64,000 bases of DNA from an uncultured Actinomycetes bacterium. Its GTDB lineage: Bacteria > Actinomycetota > Acidimicrobiia > Acidimicrobiales > JACCXE01. Made by a program: the position numbers and the translations under genes. Every line of letters starts with the position of its first letter. Position 1 is the first letter of the stretch. This document shows positions 12,112 to 22,647 of this stretch, in pieces. The DNA is taken from contig CAVRKD010000002.1 in the NCBI GenBank assembly GCA_963722185.1, positions 79,362 through 143,361 of the forward strand, read 5' to 3'. The notes under the pieces are model-generated. The model had not been told where the DNA came from and made no database searches. It worked only from the letters and a program-made list of their open reading frames with translations.

Positions 12112-13075
12112 AGTCGTCCTCGAGCATCTTGAGGGACTGAGTCCGTTCGTCGTCGAGGAGACACGGGCGACCGCCGTCAGCGAGACGGAGGCGGTCGTCG
12201 AAATCGACGACGTGCGCGCCGGGCTCGAGTGGCGGACCGTGGTCGCCGCGTACGAGTCAGTCGCGTTCGACGTCGCGCGGCCGCGGACGTTGATCTCGCC
12301 GGAGCACGTGGCGCGCATCGCTGAGCACGTGAAGGCGTTGCCGTCGAAGTTCGCGTCGTTTCGCTTGAGTGCCGCCGGCAGCGGGAGCGATGAGTTGCTG
12401 CGCTGGCGAGCGGCGATCACCGACGCGACCGGGTTGGTGGACGAACCCGACGACGGCGAACTATTGGTCCGGCTGCGCAAGGCGGCGGCCGGTGGCTGGG
12501 AAGTACTCCTGCGCCTCACGCCCCGACCGCTGTCGGCCCGCGCCTGGCGCACCGAGCGATACGAAGGCGGACTCAACGCGACGATCGCCGCGGCGGTTGT
12601 GCTGGCAACGAAACCAACGCCGACTGATCGCTTCGTCGACCTCATGTGCGGGTCCGGGACGCTGGTGATCGAACGGCTCTTCGCCGGACCGGCCGCGCAG
12701 GTCGTCGGTTTCGACATCGACCCGGACGCCATCGCGATTACGAAGACTCACTTGCGCAACGCGGCGATCCGCGGCGCCAAGGTCGAACTGTTCAACGAGG
12801 ACGTGCTCACCGTCGACGGCCAGTTCGACAAGCTCGTGGTCAACCCACCCTGGGGCACGTCGGTCGGATCGCACGAGGAGAACCGCGACCTATACCCGGC
12901 ACTCCTGCGCGCCGCCGCCCATCTCGCCGACGCCAACGCAACGCTCTGCGTGCTCACTCACGAGATCAAGGTGTTCGAGACCGCGCTGCGAAGCGACAAC
13001 ACCTGGCACCTCACCGACCAACACCGCTTCTTCCAAAAAGGCCACTGGCCCCGCCTGTACGTCCTCAGAAAGTGA
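12107..13075 (+). CDS. SAM-dependent RNA methyltransferase (UPF0020/TrmN-like)
   Basis: DLMCGSGT SAM motif, NPPWG motif IV; ATG 12107 preferred. Confidence 0.8.
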   Translation: MKVVLEHLEGLSPFVVEETRATAVSETEAVVEIDDVRAGLEWRTVVAAYESVAFDVARPRTLISPEHVARIAEHVKALPSKFASFRLSAAGSGSDELLRWRAAITDATGLVDEPDDGELLVRLRKAAAGGWEVLLRLTPRPLSARAWRTERYEGGLNATIAAAVVLATKPTPTDRFVDLMCGSGTLVIERLFAGPAAQVVGFDIDPDAIAITKTHLRNAAIRGAKVELFNEDVLTVDGQFDKLVVNPPWGTSVGSHEENRDLYPALLRAAAHLADANATLCVLTHEIKVFETALRSDNTWHLTDQHRFFQKGHWPRLYVLRK

Positions 13076-13192
13076 GCACGCTCCACTCCTGCGAATGTCC
13101 TCGTTGAGCAATGAGACGACGCGGTGCAGATCCGCCTCGGTCGCATCGGCGTATGCGCCGAGCGACGCCGTTTCGATTTCGAGCTGTGTCAT
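12890..13192 (-). pseudogene. Possible truncated gene coupled to the HicB-like ORF (GNAT-like N-terminus)
   Basis: ATGA overlap with upstream stop; DATEADLHRVVSLLNE resembles the GNAT beta1-alpha1 region; ORF runs into the antisense methyltransferase after about 39 codons. Confidence 0.25.
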
Positions 13193-13590
13193 CTGGTCTC
13201 CCCATTGTGTTGTTGCAAGATCTGGTGGACGCGGCCGTGGGACAGTCCAAGCAGGTAGGCGATATCTCGCAAGCTCAGGCCTTCGCCGTCGAGCGCATTG
13301 ATCGCTTCGAGCGTGCATTCCGCGCTGAGCGCATTCGCCTTCAGCGCCGCATCCTTCGCCGAACGCGCCGCCTCAACTCTGTCCTGCACCTTCCTGGGAA
13401 CACTCAATTCGTCGTCGATCACGACAGAACCCCGGCGGGTGCCGTGGGCCTCGGCCAACACGGCGGCGATGTTTTCTCGCGCCTTCTCCAGCGTCCGGCC
13501 ATAGGAGGCGACGGGCGGCTCGGTGTCTTCCGCGACCGCAACCCATCCGCCTTCCGTGGCTTCGTAGCGCACACGAAAGCGGTCCTTCAC
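13189..13590 (-). CDS. HicB-like antitoxin / HTH regulator
   Basis: GGWVA...SYGRTLEKARENIAAVL HicB-like N-terminus; C-terminal HTH GLSLRDIAYLLGLSHGRVHQI. Confidence 0.75.
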   Translation of the reverse strand: MKDRFRVRYEATEGGWVAVAEDTEPPVASYGRTLEKARENIAAVLAEAHGTRRGSVVIDDELSVPRKVQDRVEAARSAKDAALKANALSAECTLEAINALDGEGLSLRDIAYLLGLSHGRVHQILQQHNGETR

Positions 13591-13596
13591 GGGCGT

Positions 13597-13627
13597 GACT
13601 GTATAGCCGCTATACAGTCGCCGTCAA
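13597..13627 (-). promoter_or_regulatory. Promoter with palindromic operator
   Basis: TTGACG-18 nt-TACAGT on the minus strand, overlapped by perfect 11-bp inverted repeat GACTGTATAGC-C-GCTATACAGTC. Confidence 0.65.
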
Positions 13628-13638
13628 TGGCATAGACG

Positions 13639-15038
13639 CTAGAAGACTTCGGGGCGCAGCGCCGGGAAGGGCAGGACGTCGCGGATGTTTTGCGAGTCCG
13701 TCAGCAACATGATGAGCCGGTCGACGCCGATGCCGAGGCCGCCGTTGGGCGGCAGGCCGTACTCGAGGGCGCGGATGTAGTCCTCGTCGACGGTCATGGC
13801 TTCGTCGTCGCCGCCAGCCTTCGCGCGTGCTTGGGCTTCGAACGTGGCGCGTTGCTCGACTGGGTCGATCAACTCGGAGAAGGCGTTGCCCAACTCGCGG
13901 CCGCAGACGATGGGTTCGAAGCGTTCGACATAACCGCGCCGCTCGCGGTGGTCCCGCGCCAAGGGCGATGTTTCCTTCGGGTGATCCAGCACGAACACCG
14001 GACCCCACAGGCTGGTCTCGGTGGTCTTCTCGTAGATCTCGACGAGCACCTTGCCTGGGCCCCAGCTGTCGTCGGGTTCGACGCCGTGCTCCAACGCGAC
14101 CTTCCGCAGCTCTTCGAGCGGCGTGTTGATGTCGACGCGCTTGCCGATGGTCTCTTCAATGACGTCGTCCATCGTCACCCGCCGCCAGGGCGGTGTGAGG
14201 TCGAGGTCGCGGCCGCCGTAGGTGAGCTTGGTGGAGCCGCACACCTCCATGGCGATGTGGGCGACGATCTCCTCGAACAACGCCATCATGTCGAGATAGT
14301 CGGCGTACGCCTCCTGGAGTTCGAGCATCGTGAACTCAGGGTTGTGGCGCGGCGAAAGCCCCTCGTTGCGGAACACGCGGCTGATCTCGAACACCTTCGT
14401 GAAGCCGCCGACGACGAGGCGCTTGAGGAACAGTTCGCTGGCGATCCGCAGTTCGAAGTCGGTGTCGAGCGAGTTGAAATGCGTGTCGAACTTCTTGGCC
14501 GTGCCGCCACCGGCCACCGAATGCAGCGTCGGCGTCTCCACTTCGATGAAGCCGCGGTCCTCGAGGAAGCGGCGCATCGAGCTGAGCACCTTGGAACGTG
14601 CGAGCAACGTGCGACGCGACTCCTCGGTGACCCACAGGTCGACGTAGCGCTGGCGGTACCGCATGTCCGGATCGGAGATGCCGTGCCACTTGTCGGGGAA
14701 GTTGCGTTTCGTTTCGGCGAGCAGCGTCCACGTCGCCACCTTCACCGAGAGCTCGCCGGTTCGGGTGGCGACGACCTCGCCTTCGACGCCGATCCAGTCA
14801 CCGAGCGACAGCCTGGAGAACTCGACGAAGTCGGCCGTCCATTTGTCGCCGGCGAAAAGTTGGATGCGACCGGTGGCGTCGTCGAGCGTGCCGAAGGCGA
14901 GCTTGCCCTGCTCGCGGCGCAGCATGAGCCGACCGGCGATCGAAACCGTGACCCCGGTTTCCGCACCGGGCTCGAGCTGGCCATACGCCTGACGCAATCC
15001 GGCCGCCGTCGCATTGACCTCGTACTTGTACGGAACCG

Positions 15039-15042
<4 letters not shown>
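13639..15042 (-). CDS. lysS: Lysine--tRNA ligase (class II)
   Basis: RYRQRYVDL, FRNEG..HNPEFTMLE, LEYGLPPNGGLGIGVDRL; TTG start overlapping the coaX stop. Confidence 0.96.
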
Positions 15043-15809
<767 letters not shown>

Positions 15810-15813
15810 GCGC

Positions 15814-16662
15814 TTAACCCTCCAAGTCCAGGCCGAAGTCGAACACTGGCGCGGAGTGCGTCAGCGCACCGACGCTAATGACGTCGGGTCCGGCTTCGGC
15901 GTACGCCCGGATCGTCTGCAGATTCATGCGACCGGAAACTTCGATCAACGCGCGTCCGGCGACCGCCGCGACCGCCGCCGGGATGTCATCGGGCTTGAAG
16001 TTGTCGAGCATCACCATGCGCGCTCCGGCGTCGACCGCTTCGCGGACTTGCTCCAATGAGTCGCACTCGACCTCGACCGTGCGCGCCGGCCACGCCTCGG
16101 TGGCGCGCTTCACCGCATCGGCGATCGAGAGACCGGCGCGGTGATTGTCCTTCACCAGCACCATCTCGCTCAGCGAGCCGCGGTGGTTGCGCCCGCCGCC
16201 GGCGCGCACCGCCGCCTTTTCCAGCGCGCGCAGGCCGGGCGTGGTCTTGCGAGTGTCGAGGATGCGCACGCCGGTGCCCGCCACCGCACCGACGAACTCG
16301 TCCGTAAGCGTGGCCACGCCCGAGAGGTGGCACAGGAAGTTGAGCGCGGTGCGCTCGGCGGTCAGCACGGAGCGCAGGAAGCCATGGAGGTGCCCGACAA
16401 CGTCACCCGCCGAGACAGGCCAGCCTTCGCCAACCTCCCACGAGACACGAATGTCGGGATCAACTTGACGGCACGTTTCCTCCACGCACAACGTGCCGGC
16501 GATGACGCCTTCTTGCCGGGCGACGATCGCGGCGTTCACCCGCGCGCCAGGGTCGATCAGGGACGCCGTCAGATCGCCCATCGGCGTGAGGTCTTCGGCC
16601 AGCGCACGCGCGACCGCCTCACGCACGGCCCCAATCGGCGGATGCAGGTTGACGCCCGTCAC
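15814..16662 (-). CDS. nadC: Quinolinate phosphoribosyltransferase (nicotinate-nucleotide diphosphorylase)
   Basis: ERTALNFL, DTRKTTPGLR, KDNH, MLDN, SVGALTHS; GTG start overlaps the nadB stop. Confidence 0.93.
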   Translation of the reverse strand: MTGVNLHPPIGAVREAVARALAEDLTPMGDLTASLIDPGARVNAAIVARQEGVIAGTLCVEETCRQVDPDIRVSWEVGEGWPVSAGDVVGHLHGFLRSVLTAERTALNFLCHLSGVATLTDEFVGAVAGTGVRILDTRKTTPGLRALEKAAVRAGGGRNHRGSLSEMVLVKDNHRAGLSIADAVKRATEAWPARTVEVECDSLEQVREAVDAGARMVMLDNFKPDDIPAAVAAVAGRALIEVSGRMNLQTIRAYAEAGPDVISVGALTHSAPVFDFGLDLEG

Positions 16663-18218
16663 TGCATCACCAGCCGGCAGCGGAAGTCGTTGCTCGTCTC
16701 GGGGTGGTCGGTACGCGTGTGAGCGCCGCGGCTTTCGGTACGAGCCAGCGCGGCGTCGAGCAGCGCGTAGGCGACGGTGAAGAGGTTGTTCAGTTCGAGT
16801 TCGTCGTCGCGCATGTACGACGGGATCGCTGCCTGCAGGCTCAGCAACTCGGCGTCGGTGTCGGCCAGCGACTCGGCGCTGCGCAGCACGCCGGCACCGT
16901 GCGTCATCGCCCGCTGCAGCGCGTCGCGGATCTTGTCGGGACCGAGCGAGGCGGGCGCGACAGCGCGGGCGAGCTCGGGCCGGTCGATACGTCGACCGGG
17001 GATGCCGCCGGCGCCGTCGAGCACGGCGCGCATGGCGCCGGTGGCCTCGGGAATAACGCGGTCTTCCTCGATCGCCTCGATGACGCGGGCGGCGAACACC
17101 ATGCCGTCGAGCAGCGAGTTCGACGCGAGGCGGTTGGCGCCGTGCACGCCGGCGCACGCCGCCTCGCCGGCCGCCCACAGTCCGCCGACCGACGCCCGAC
17201 CGTCGAGGTCGGTCACCACGCCGCCCGACAGGTAATGCGCGGCGGGCGCGATCGGCAGCCAGTCGGTCGCGGGGTCGAGTCCGACAGCAGTCAGCGAGGC
17301 CGCGATAGTCGGGAAGCGTTCGGCGAAGCGTTCGAGGCCGGTGGCGTCGAGCCACAGGTGGTCAACGCCCTGCTCGCCCATGGCCGCGCTCATTGCCCGC
17401 GACACGACGTCGCGCGGCGACAGCTCGTCGACGAACTGCTGGCCGTCCTTGTCGCGCAGCAACGCTCCGTGGCCGCGCAGCGCTTCGGACAACAGTGGGC
17501 GTGGCATGGCGGGATGGTGCAGCGCGGTGGGATGGAACTGCATGAATTCGACGTCGGCCACTGCGACGCCGGCGCGCAGAGCCATGGCGATGCCGTCGCC
17601 CGTGGCCTGCTCGGGGTTCGTGGTCACGGCGAACAGCTGGCCAGCACCGCCGGTCGCCAGCAGCGTGTGGGTGGCGCGGACCTCGACGCGCTCGCCGTTG
17701 GGTTGGCGGGCGACGACGCCGCGGCATCGTCCGGCTTCGATGATCAGGTCGACGGCCAGCCAGCGCTCCATCACCGACGCCGCGGTGGTTTGCGTGGCTT
17801 CGACGAGCGCCCGTTCGATCTCCATGCCCGTCGCCGCACCACCGGCGTGCACGACGCGGGCGCGCGAATGACCGCCTTCCCGGGCGAGCTGCAGCGTGCC
17901 ATCGGCCTCGCGGTCGAAGACCGCGCCCAGCGCGATTAGTTCGGTGACGCGCGCCGGGCCTTCGTCGACCAGCACCCGCACGGCGTCGATGTCGCACAGG
18001 CCAGCGCCGGCCTTCAACGTGTCGGCCAGGTGCAAGTCGGTCGAGTCTTCGTCGTCGGCCAGCACCGCGGCGACACCGCCCTGCGCCCACCGCGTCGCGG
18101 ACTGTTCGAGTTCGCCCTTGGTCAGGACGCCGACGCGCAGACCTGTCGTCGCCGCCCGCACCGCCGCGGAGAGTCCCGCCACGCCGGAACCCAGGACGAG
18201 GAGGTCGAGGTCAGCCAT
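16659..18218 (-). CDS. nadB: L-aspartate oxidase
   Basis: GSGVAGL, WAQGG, EGGHS, QFHPT, HGANRLASNSL, ESRGAH. Confidence 0.93.
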   Translation of the reverse strand: MADLDLLVLGSGVAGLSAAVRAATTGLRVGVLTKGELEQSATRWAQGGVAAVLADDEDSTDLHLADTLKAGAGLCDIDAVRVLVDEGPARVTELIALGAVFDREADGTLQLAREGGHSRARVVHAGGAATGMEIERALVEATQTTAASVMERWLAVDLIIEAGRCRGVVARQPNGERVEVRATHTLLATGGAGQLFAVTTNPEQATGDGIAMALRAGVAVADVEFMQFHPTALHHPAMPRPLLSEALRGHGALLRDKDGQQFVDELSPRDVVSRAMSAAMGEQGVDHLWLDATGLERFAERFPTIAASLTAVGLDPATDWLPIAPAAHYLSGGVVTDLDGRASVGGLWAAGEAACAGVHGANRLASNSLLDGMVFAARVIEAIEEDRVIPEATGAMRAVLDGAGGIPGRRIDRPELARAVAPASLGPDKIRDALQRAMTHGAGVLRSAESLADTDAELLSLQAAIPSYMRDDELELNNLFTVAYALLDAALARTESRGAHTRTDHPETSNDFRCRLVMQ

Positions 18219-18254
18219 CTCTCTCAATGCTTGCACCCCGCGGGGTGCACATCG

Positions 18255-18626
18255 TTATTGCGCGGCTTCGAGGGCGACGTTGTGCGGCACGGGACGGTTC
18301 TGTTCGTCCACGTGCACGATGCGCGGCTGGAAGTCGACGCACTCCTCGGCGTCGAAGTCGGCGTAGGTGATGATGATCACCTTGTCGCCCGGATGGACGA
18401 GGCGCGCCGCCGCGCCGTTGAGCGTGATCTCACCCGGGTTGCCGACGATGGCGTAGGTCTCAAAGCGCGCGCCGTTGTCGATGTCGACGATGGTGACTTG
18501 CTCCCACTCGAGAATGTCGGACAGTTCCATGAGCCGCGGATCAAGGCTTATCGACCCGATGTAGTGCAGGTTGGCATCGGTGACCGTGGCACGGTGGATC
18601 TTGGACTTCATCATGCGGCGGCGCAT
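18255..18626 (-). CDS. panD: Aspartate 1-decarboxylase
   Basis: [15 protein letters not shown] (G-S cleavage site), NGAAARL. Confidence 0.95.
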   Translation of the reverse strand: MRRRMMKSKIHRATVTDANLHYIGSISLDPRLMELSDILEWEQVTIVDIDNGARFETYAIVGNPGEITLNGAAARLVHPGDKVIIITYADFDAEECVDFQPRIVHVDEQNRPVPHNVALEAAQ

Positions 18627-19432
18627 CAGCGTGGTACTCCTAAGTTGTCGAGTAGTCGCGTCGTGCCGAACTTGGCAGCGACGAGGAGACGGATTTCGTG
18701 ATCGGTGACGACGGCCTCGGCGTAGTCGAGGGTCGCCCGTGGTTCGGCGTTGACGATTTCGGTGACGACGGCGATGGCGTTGTCGAGATCGGCGGCGCCG
18801 GCTTTCAGCGCGCGGTAGAGGACGGTGGAGGCGACGCGGTCTTCAGGTGACAGGTACACGTTGCGGCTCGACAGCGCGAGGCCGTCGGCTTCGCGGACGA
18901 TCGGGCACGGCACGACGTCGACGGGGAACGACAAGTCCTTGACCATCTGGCTGACGACCTGCAGTTGCTGGTAGTCCTTCTCGCCGAAGAACGCCTTGCA
19001 CTCGCCCGCGGCATTGAACAGTTTCGCCACCACCGTGGCCACGCCGTCGAAGTGCCCGGGCCGCACCGCGCCCTCCATGCCTTCGCTGACGCCGGCGACG
19101 TGGATTGTCGTCAGCACGGTCGTACCCGCCGGTCCGTACATCTCCTCGACCGAGGGATGGAAGACGTACGACGCGCCATGGGCCTCGGCCAGCGCGACGT
19201 CGTTCTCGAACGGGCGCGGGTACTTGGCCAGGTCCTCGTGCGGACCGAACTGCAGCGGGTTCACGAACACCGTGACGGCCACGATGTCGCAGATTGCGGC
19301 CGCGGCGTCGACGAGCGACGCGTGACCGGGGTGGAGTGCGCCCATCGTGGGCACCAGCCCGACCGTCTTGCCGGCGGCGCGCTCGGCGTCGAGCGCCTTG
19401 CGGAATCCAGCCACGGTGTCGATTACTTGCAT
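18626..19432 (-). CDS. panC: Pantoate--beta-alanine ligase
   Basis: [39 protein letters not shown]. Confidence 0.95.
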   Translation of the reverse strand: MQVIDTVAGFRKALDAERAAGKTVGLVPTMGALHPGHASLVDAAAAICDIVAVTVFVNPLQFGPHEDLAKYPRPFENDVALAEAHGASYVFHPSVEEMYGPAGTTVLTTIHVAGVSEGMEGAVRPGHFDGVATVVAKLFNAAGECKAFFGEKDYQQLQVVSQMVKDLSFPVDVVPCPIVREADGLALSSRNVYLSPEDRVASTVLYRALKAGAADLDNAIAVVTEIVNAEPRATLDYAEAVVTDHEIRLLVAAKFGTTRLLDNLGVPR

Positions 19433-20164
19433 CGAGCGAGTTCCTCGGTCGAGGGAAGGAGCGCGTCGTACAAGGCGAGGTCACCGGGCGCGTGCGCGGC
19501 GATGGCCTCGCGGTGACGCTGGACGGTGCCGTAGTCGCCGCGGGCGACTGGGCCGGTCAGCGCCGCGGCGGCGCCGAGCTCTTCGACGTTGCCGACCACG
19601 GTCCGGGCGATCTCGAAATACGCCGACGCCGGGACGCCCGCCGCCGCGGCGAGCCGCTCGACTTGGCCGAGCACTGTCACGAGGTGGTTGCCGGCGACGC
19701 AGGACGCCGCGTGGTGCAGGGCGCGCACGTCGGGATCGTCGGCCAAGGTGATGGCACGGCCTCCGAGCGCGTCGACGATCTGCCGACCGATCACGTCGCA
19801 GCCTTCGGTGAGGGCGAACCACCCGTTGTCGAGCAGGCGCAGCGCGCCGATCGTCTGCGTTCGGCAGTCCCATGATCGGATGCACGACTGCCCGGCGAGC
19901 GTGCGGCGCCAGCACGTCCGGGCCGAGCGACCCGCTCAGGTGCACGACGGCGCACGTCGCCATCGGTTCGACCGCGGCGGCGACACTCGGAATGACCGCG
20001 TCCGGCACGGCGATGATCAGGACGTCGACGTCAGCGGCGGCGCCGTGGAGGTCGTCGGCACGGCCCAACGCGGGGGCGGCCGTCCACCCCGCTTTCGCCA
20101 GCGCGCGTCGGACAGAACCGCCGGCCCGGCCAGCGCCAACCACACGAAAGGAGGGGTTGCTCAT
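19423..20164 (-). CDS. Rossmann-like + DUF2520 protein (PanG/Rv3603c-like), frameshifted near 19855
   Basis: GAGRAG, IAVPD, HLSGS, VHP in one frame; HAASCVAGN, ALTGPVARGD in another; position next to panC. Confidence 0.8.
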
Positions 20165-20266
20165 TAGCTCGCATTCCGGCCCCAGGGTGGGTGCCGTTCG
20201 CTCAAGAAAACGGTACCAGAACCATTCGCCGCCGCGCCTTCCGCCCCCTCCCCCGGCCGCCGGCGT

Positions 20267-20313
20267 TTCTGGTTGTGGCTGGCGTTGCCGAGCAACGGCA
20301 GCCACAACCAGAA
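20267..20313. repeat. 47-nt palindromic element, left flank of the DUF559 gene
   Basis: TTCTGGTTGTGGCTG-G-CGTTGC-CGA-GCAACG-G-CAGCCACAACCAGAA. Confidence 0.9.
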
Positions 20314-20347
20314 CCTCGGTGTCACACCCCCTCGACAGGATCGGGCG

Positions 20348-21298
20348 ATGCCAAAGCTGTACGACGACCTAGCGAAGCTCGCTGACGCGACCGACCGCGT
20401 CGTCACTCGCGAAGCGCTCGACCGGATCGGATTCACCGAACAGCGCCGGCGGACGCTCGTTGGCCAGCGCCTGATCCAACTGCTTCACGAGGCCGTCTAC
20501 CTCATCGGCGCCGACAGCGCGACCTGGCGACAGCGCGCCCGAGCCGGCGTTCTGGCCGGCGGCGAGGACTCCTGGCTCTCGGGCCTGAGCGCCGTGCGGT
20601 GGTGGGGTGTCACGGTCCCGGAGGACGACGAGTCCGTCCACATCTCGACGTTTCGGACCGCTGGGTGCGATCCAGCTGGCGTAACGGTCCACCGACCGCG
20701 TCGCGCGGTCAAGGTGCTCACCCGCGACAAGGTCCGCGTTGCTTCCATCGAGGATGCGCTCCTCGACTTTGCGGCGTCGACGGATAGGGCCAAGCTCGAA
20801 TTGGTCGTCGAGAGCGCCCTTCTCAGCCGCAAGACACACGAACGGAAGATCTGGCGCGTCATCGCCCTCAACTCGAGAAAGGGCGTACGCGGCGTGGCGC
20901 TACTGCGGCACGTCATGGAGCACCGACCGAAGGGCAAGCCCGCTCGGAGCATCCTCGAGATCGAGGTGCTCGACGTCCTCCGCCATGCCGGTCTTCCCCT
21001 CCCGACACGCAACCACGACGTGATCGACGGCAACGGAGATAAGCGTGAGATCGACCTTTGTTACGTGGGCGTGCTGGGCGCGATCGAGGCCGACGGCAAG
21101 GCGTTTCACAGCACTGCGACGCAGACCGAGGCCGACAAGAAACGTCAACGCGCCCTTGAGGCGGTGGGGTTTCGCTTCGTGCGCGTGACGTGGGCCGACG
21201 TGTTCCAGCGGCCGGACTGGATCGTCACTGAGGTCCGCGGGCTTCTGGTTGTGCGTGACGTTGCTGTGCAACGGCACGCACAACCAGAAGCGTCATGA
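20348..21298 (+). CDS. AbiEi-like N-terminal domain + DUF559 (Vsr-like PD-(D/E)xK) endonuclease protein
   Basis: N-terminal AbiEi-like region (VVTREALDRIG...LHEAVY), RSILE, IDLCY...IEADGKAFH, DKKRQRALEAVGFRFVRVTW. Confidence 0.82.
   Translation: MPKLYDDLAKLADATDRVVTREALDRIGFTEQRRRTLVGQRLIQLLHEAVYLIGADSATWRQRARAGVLAGGEDSWLSGLSAVRWWGVTVPEDDESVHISTFRTAGCDPAGVTVHRPRRAVKVLTRDKVRVASIEDALLDFAASTDRAKLELVVESALLSRKTHERKIWRVIALNSRKGVRGVALLRHVMEHRPKGKPARSILEIEVLDVLRHAGLPLPTRNHDVIDGNGDKREIDLCYVGVLGAIEADGKAFHSTATQTEADKKRQRALEAVGFRFVRVTWADVFQRPDWIVTEVRGLLVVRDVAVQRHAQPEAS
21243..21289. repeat. 47-nt palindromic element, right flank (inside the DUF559 3' end)
   Basis: TTCTGGTTGTGCGTG-A-CGTTGC-TGT-GCAACG-G-CACGCACAACCAGAA. 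Confidence 0.9.
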
Positions 21299-22291
21299 CG
21301 GGCGGTGTTCCTCGAGCCAGGCGCGTTGTTGGTCGCTGAGAAGCGGCAGTGCGGCGGCGAAGTCTTCGTCGTCGCGGGGGCGCGAGTACTTGGCCTTGTA
21401 GAGGAGCTGCAGCTGCGGGGCGATGTAGGGGATGCCGTCGCTCGTGTGGAGGATCGCTTCGTCGAGGGGCAGCGTGACCGACGGGTCGCGGCGGTAGTAC
21501 AGGACCCCGTCGCGGATGTCCTCGAACATGATCTCGACCGACCACATCGCGTCGGGCGAAGGACGGCCCCAGATCTGATGCGCACCGTCGGCTGCGGGTA
21601 GGTGCCCGGGTGGCCAACGGACAAACGACCCCGGCCGGGGAATGAAGAACTCCCATCCCGGCAGCACCTCGTGCAGTTGCGCGAGGTCGTTGCGCGCGAC
21701 CGACACCTCGAGATCGTGGTGCTCGCGGAACGAGCGGCCGACGAAGAGCTCGATGGCCCAGCCACCGCAGATCGCCCACGGGCCGTCCCAGTCCCCGAAC
21801 CACCGCGCGGCGTCGGCTGGACGGACTGACAGGTCGAAGTCGCCCCACAGCGACGGCGCTTTCCGCAGGCCGCTCGTATCGAGGCCGTCGAGGCGATCGG
21901 CGTACTGCGGCGCGACCTCCACGAGAGGGACCACGGCGAACGCTCGCTCCCACAAGCGGGGGTGCGGCACCACCAGGTCGGGCTCGTTCACCTCGAGGTC
22001 GCCGACCAGCAGCACGTCGACATCGAGAGTCCGCGGCCCCCAGCGTTCGGTCCGCACGCGCCCCGCCGCCTCTTCAAGCGATCGGCACAGCTCCAGCAAC
22101 TCCCGCGGTGACCGTTCGGTCTCCAACGCCACCACCATGTTGAGGAACGCGCCCTGCCCTTCGGGCCCCCCGACCGGGTTGGTCTCCCAGACCGAGGACT
22201 GGTCGACGCGATCGGGGATGGCATCGATCGCCTGGCGCAGGTACTCGTCGCGGTCGCCGAGGTTGGACCCCAACCCGAGGTACGCCTTCAT
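21293..22291 (-). CDS. folK: FolK (HPPK) fused to a C-terminal aminoglycoside/lincosamide nucleotidyltransferase-like domain
   Basis: YLGLGSNLGDR, RWGPRTLDVDVL, PHPRLWERAF; then WAICGGWAIELFVG..REHHDLE, APQLQLLYKAK..RPRDDEDF. Confidence 0.88.
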   Translation of the reverse strand: MKAYLGLGSNLGDRDEYLRQAIDAIPDRVDQSSVWETNPVGGPEGQGAFLNMVVALETERSPRELLELCRSLEEAAGRVRTERWGPRTLDVDVLLVGDLEVNEPDLVVPHPRLWERAFAVVPLVEVAPQYADRLDGLDTSGLRKAPSLWGDFDLSVRPADAARWFGDWDGPWAICGGWAIELFVGRSFREHHDLEVSVARNDLAQLHEVLPGWEFFIPRPGSFVRWPPGHLPAADGAHQIWGRPSPDAMWSVEIMFEDIRDGVLYYRRDPSVTLPLDEAILHTSDGIPYIAPQLQLLYKAKYSRPRDDEDFAAALPLLSDQQRAWLEEHRPS

Positions 22292-22647
22292 CGGGAGACG
22301 GTGAGACGTACTCCTGCCCAGGCGAAGTCGTGCGCCACTGGCGGCCGCGTCTTGCGGAGCGCAATATCGACGGCGGTGATGCGCTCGTCGAGCGCGAGCA
22401 CCGCGTCGCCGATCAACTTCGCCAGACGCTCGATCAAGTTCTGCGACGGACCCTGCATCACATCGACGGCCGCTTGCACGATCGGTGAGTAGTCGACCGT
22501 GTCATCCAGGTTGTCGGACTCGGCGGACGCGCTCATGTCGAAGTACACATCGAGGTCGAACTCGAAGGGTTGCGGCCGGTCGCGTTCCTCCGGCAGCACG
22601 CCGTGGGTGCCGAGCACCCGCACACCGTGGATTTCGAGCACCGACAT
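22288..22647 (-). CDS. folB: Dihydroneopterin aldolase
   Basis: HGVLPEER..QPFEFDL, SDNLDDTVDY, NLIERLA, LRK. Confidence 0.9.
   Translation of the reverse strand: MSVLEIHGVRVLGTHGVLPEERDRPQPFEFDLDVYFDMSASAESDNLDDTVDYSPIVQAAVDVMQGPSQNLIERLAKLIGDAVLALDERITAVDIALRKTRPPVAHDFAWAGVRLTVSR

Noticed and set aside
15814-18218. nadB-nadC within the pan operon without nadA
   Set aside because: Known arrangement in actinomycetes; nadA is usually elsewhere
20348-21298. Type IV (AbiE) toxin-antitoxin system
   Set aside because: No AbiEii toxin gene in the same orientation; the adjacent nucleotidyltransferase domain is convergent, FolK-fused and looks ANT/Lnu-like rather than AbiEii
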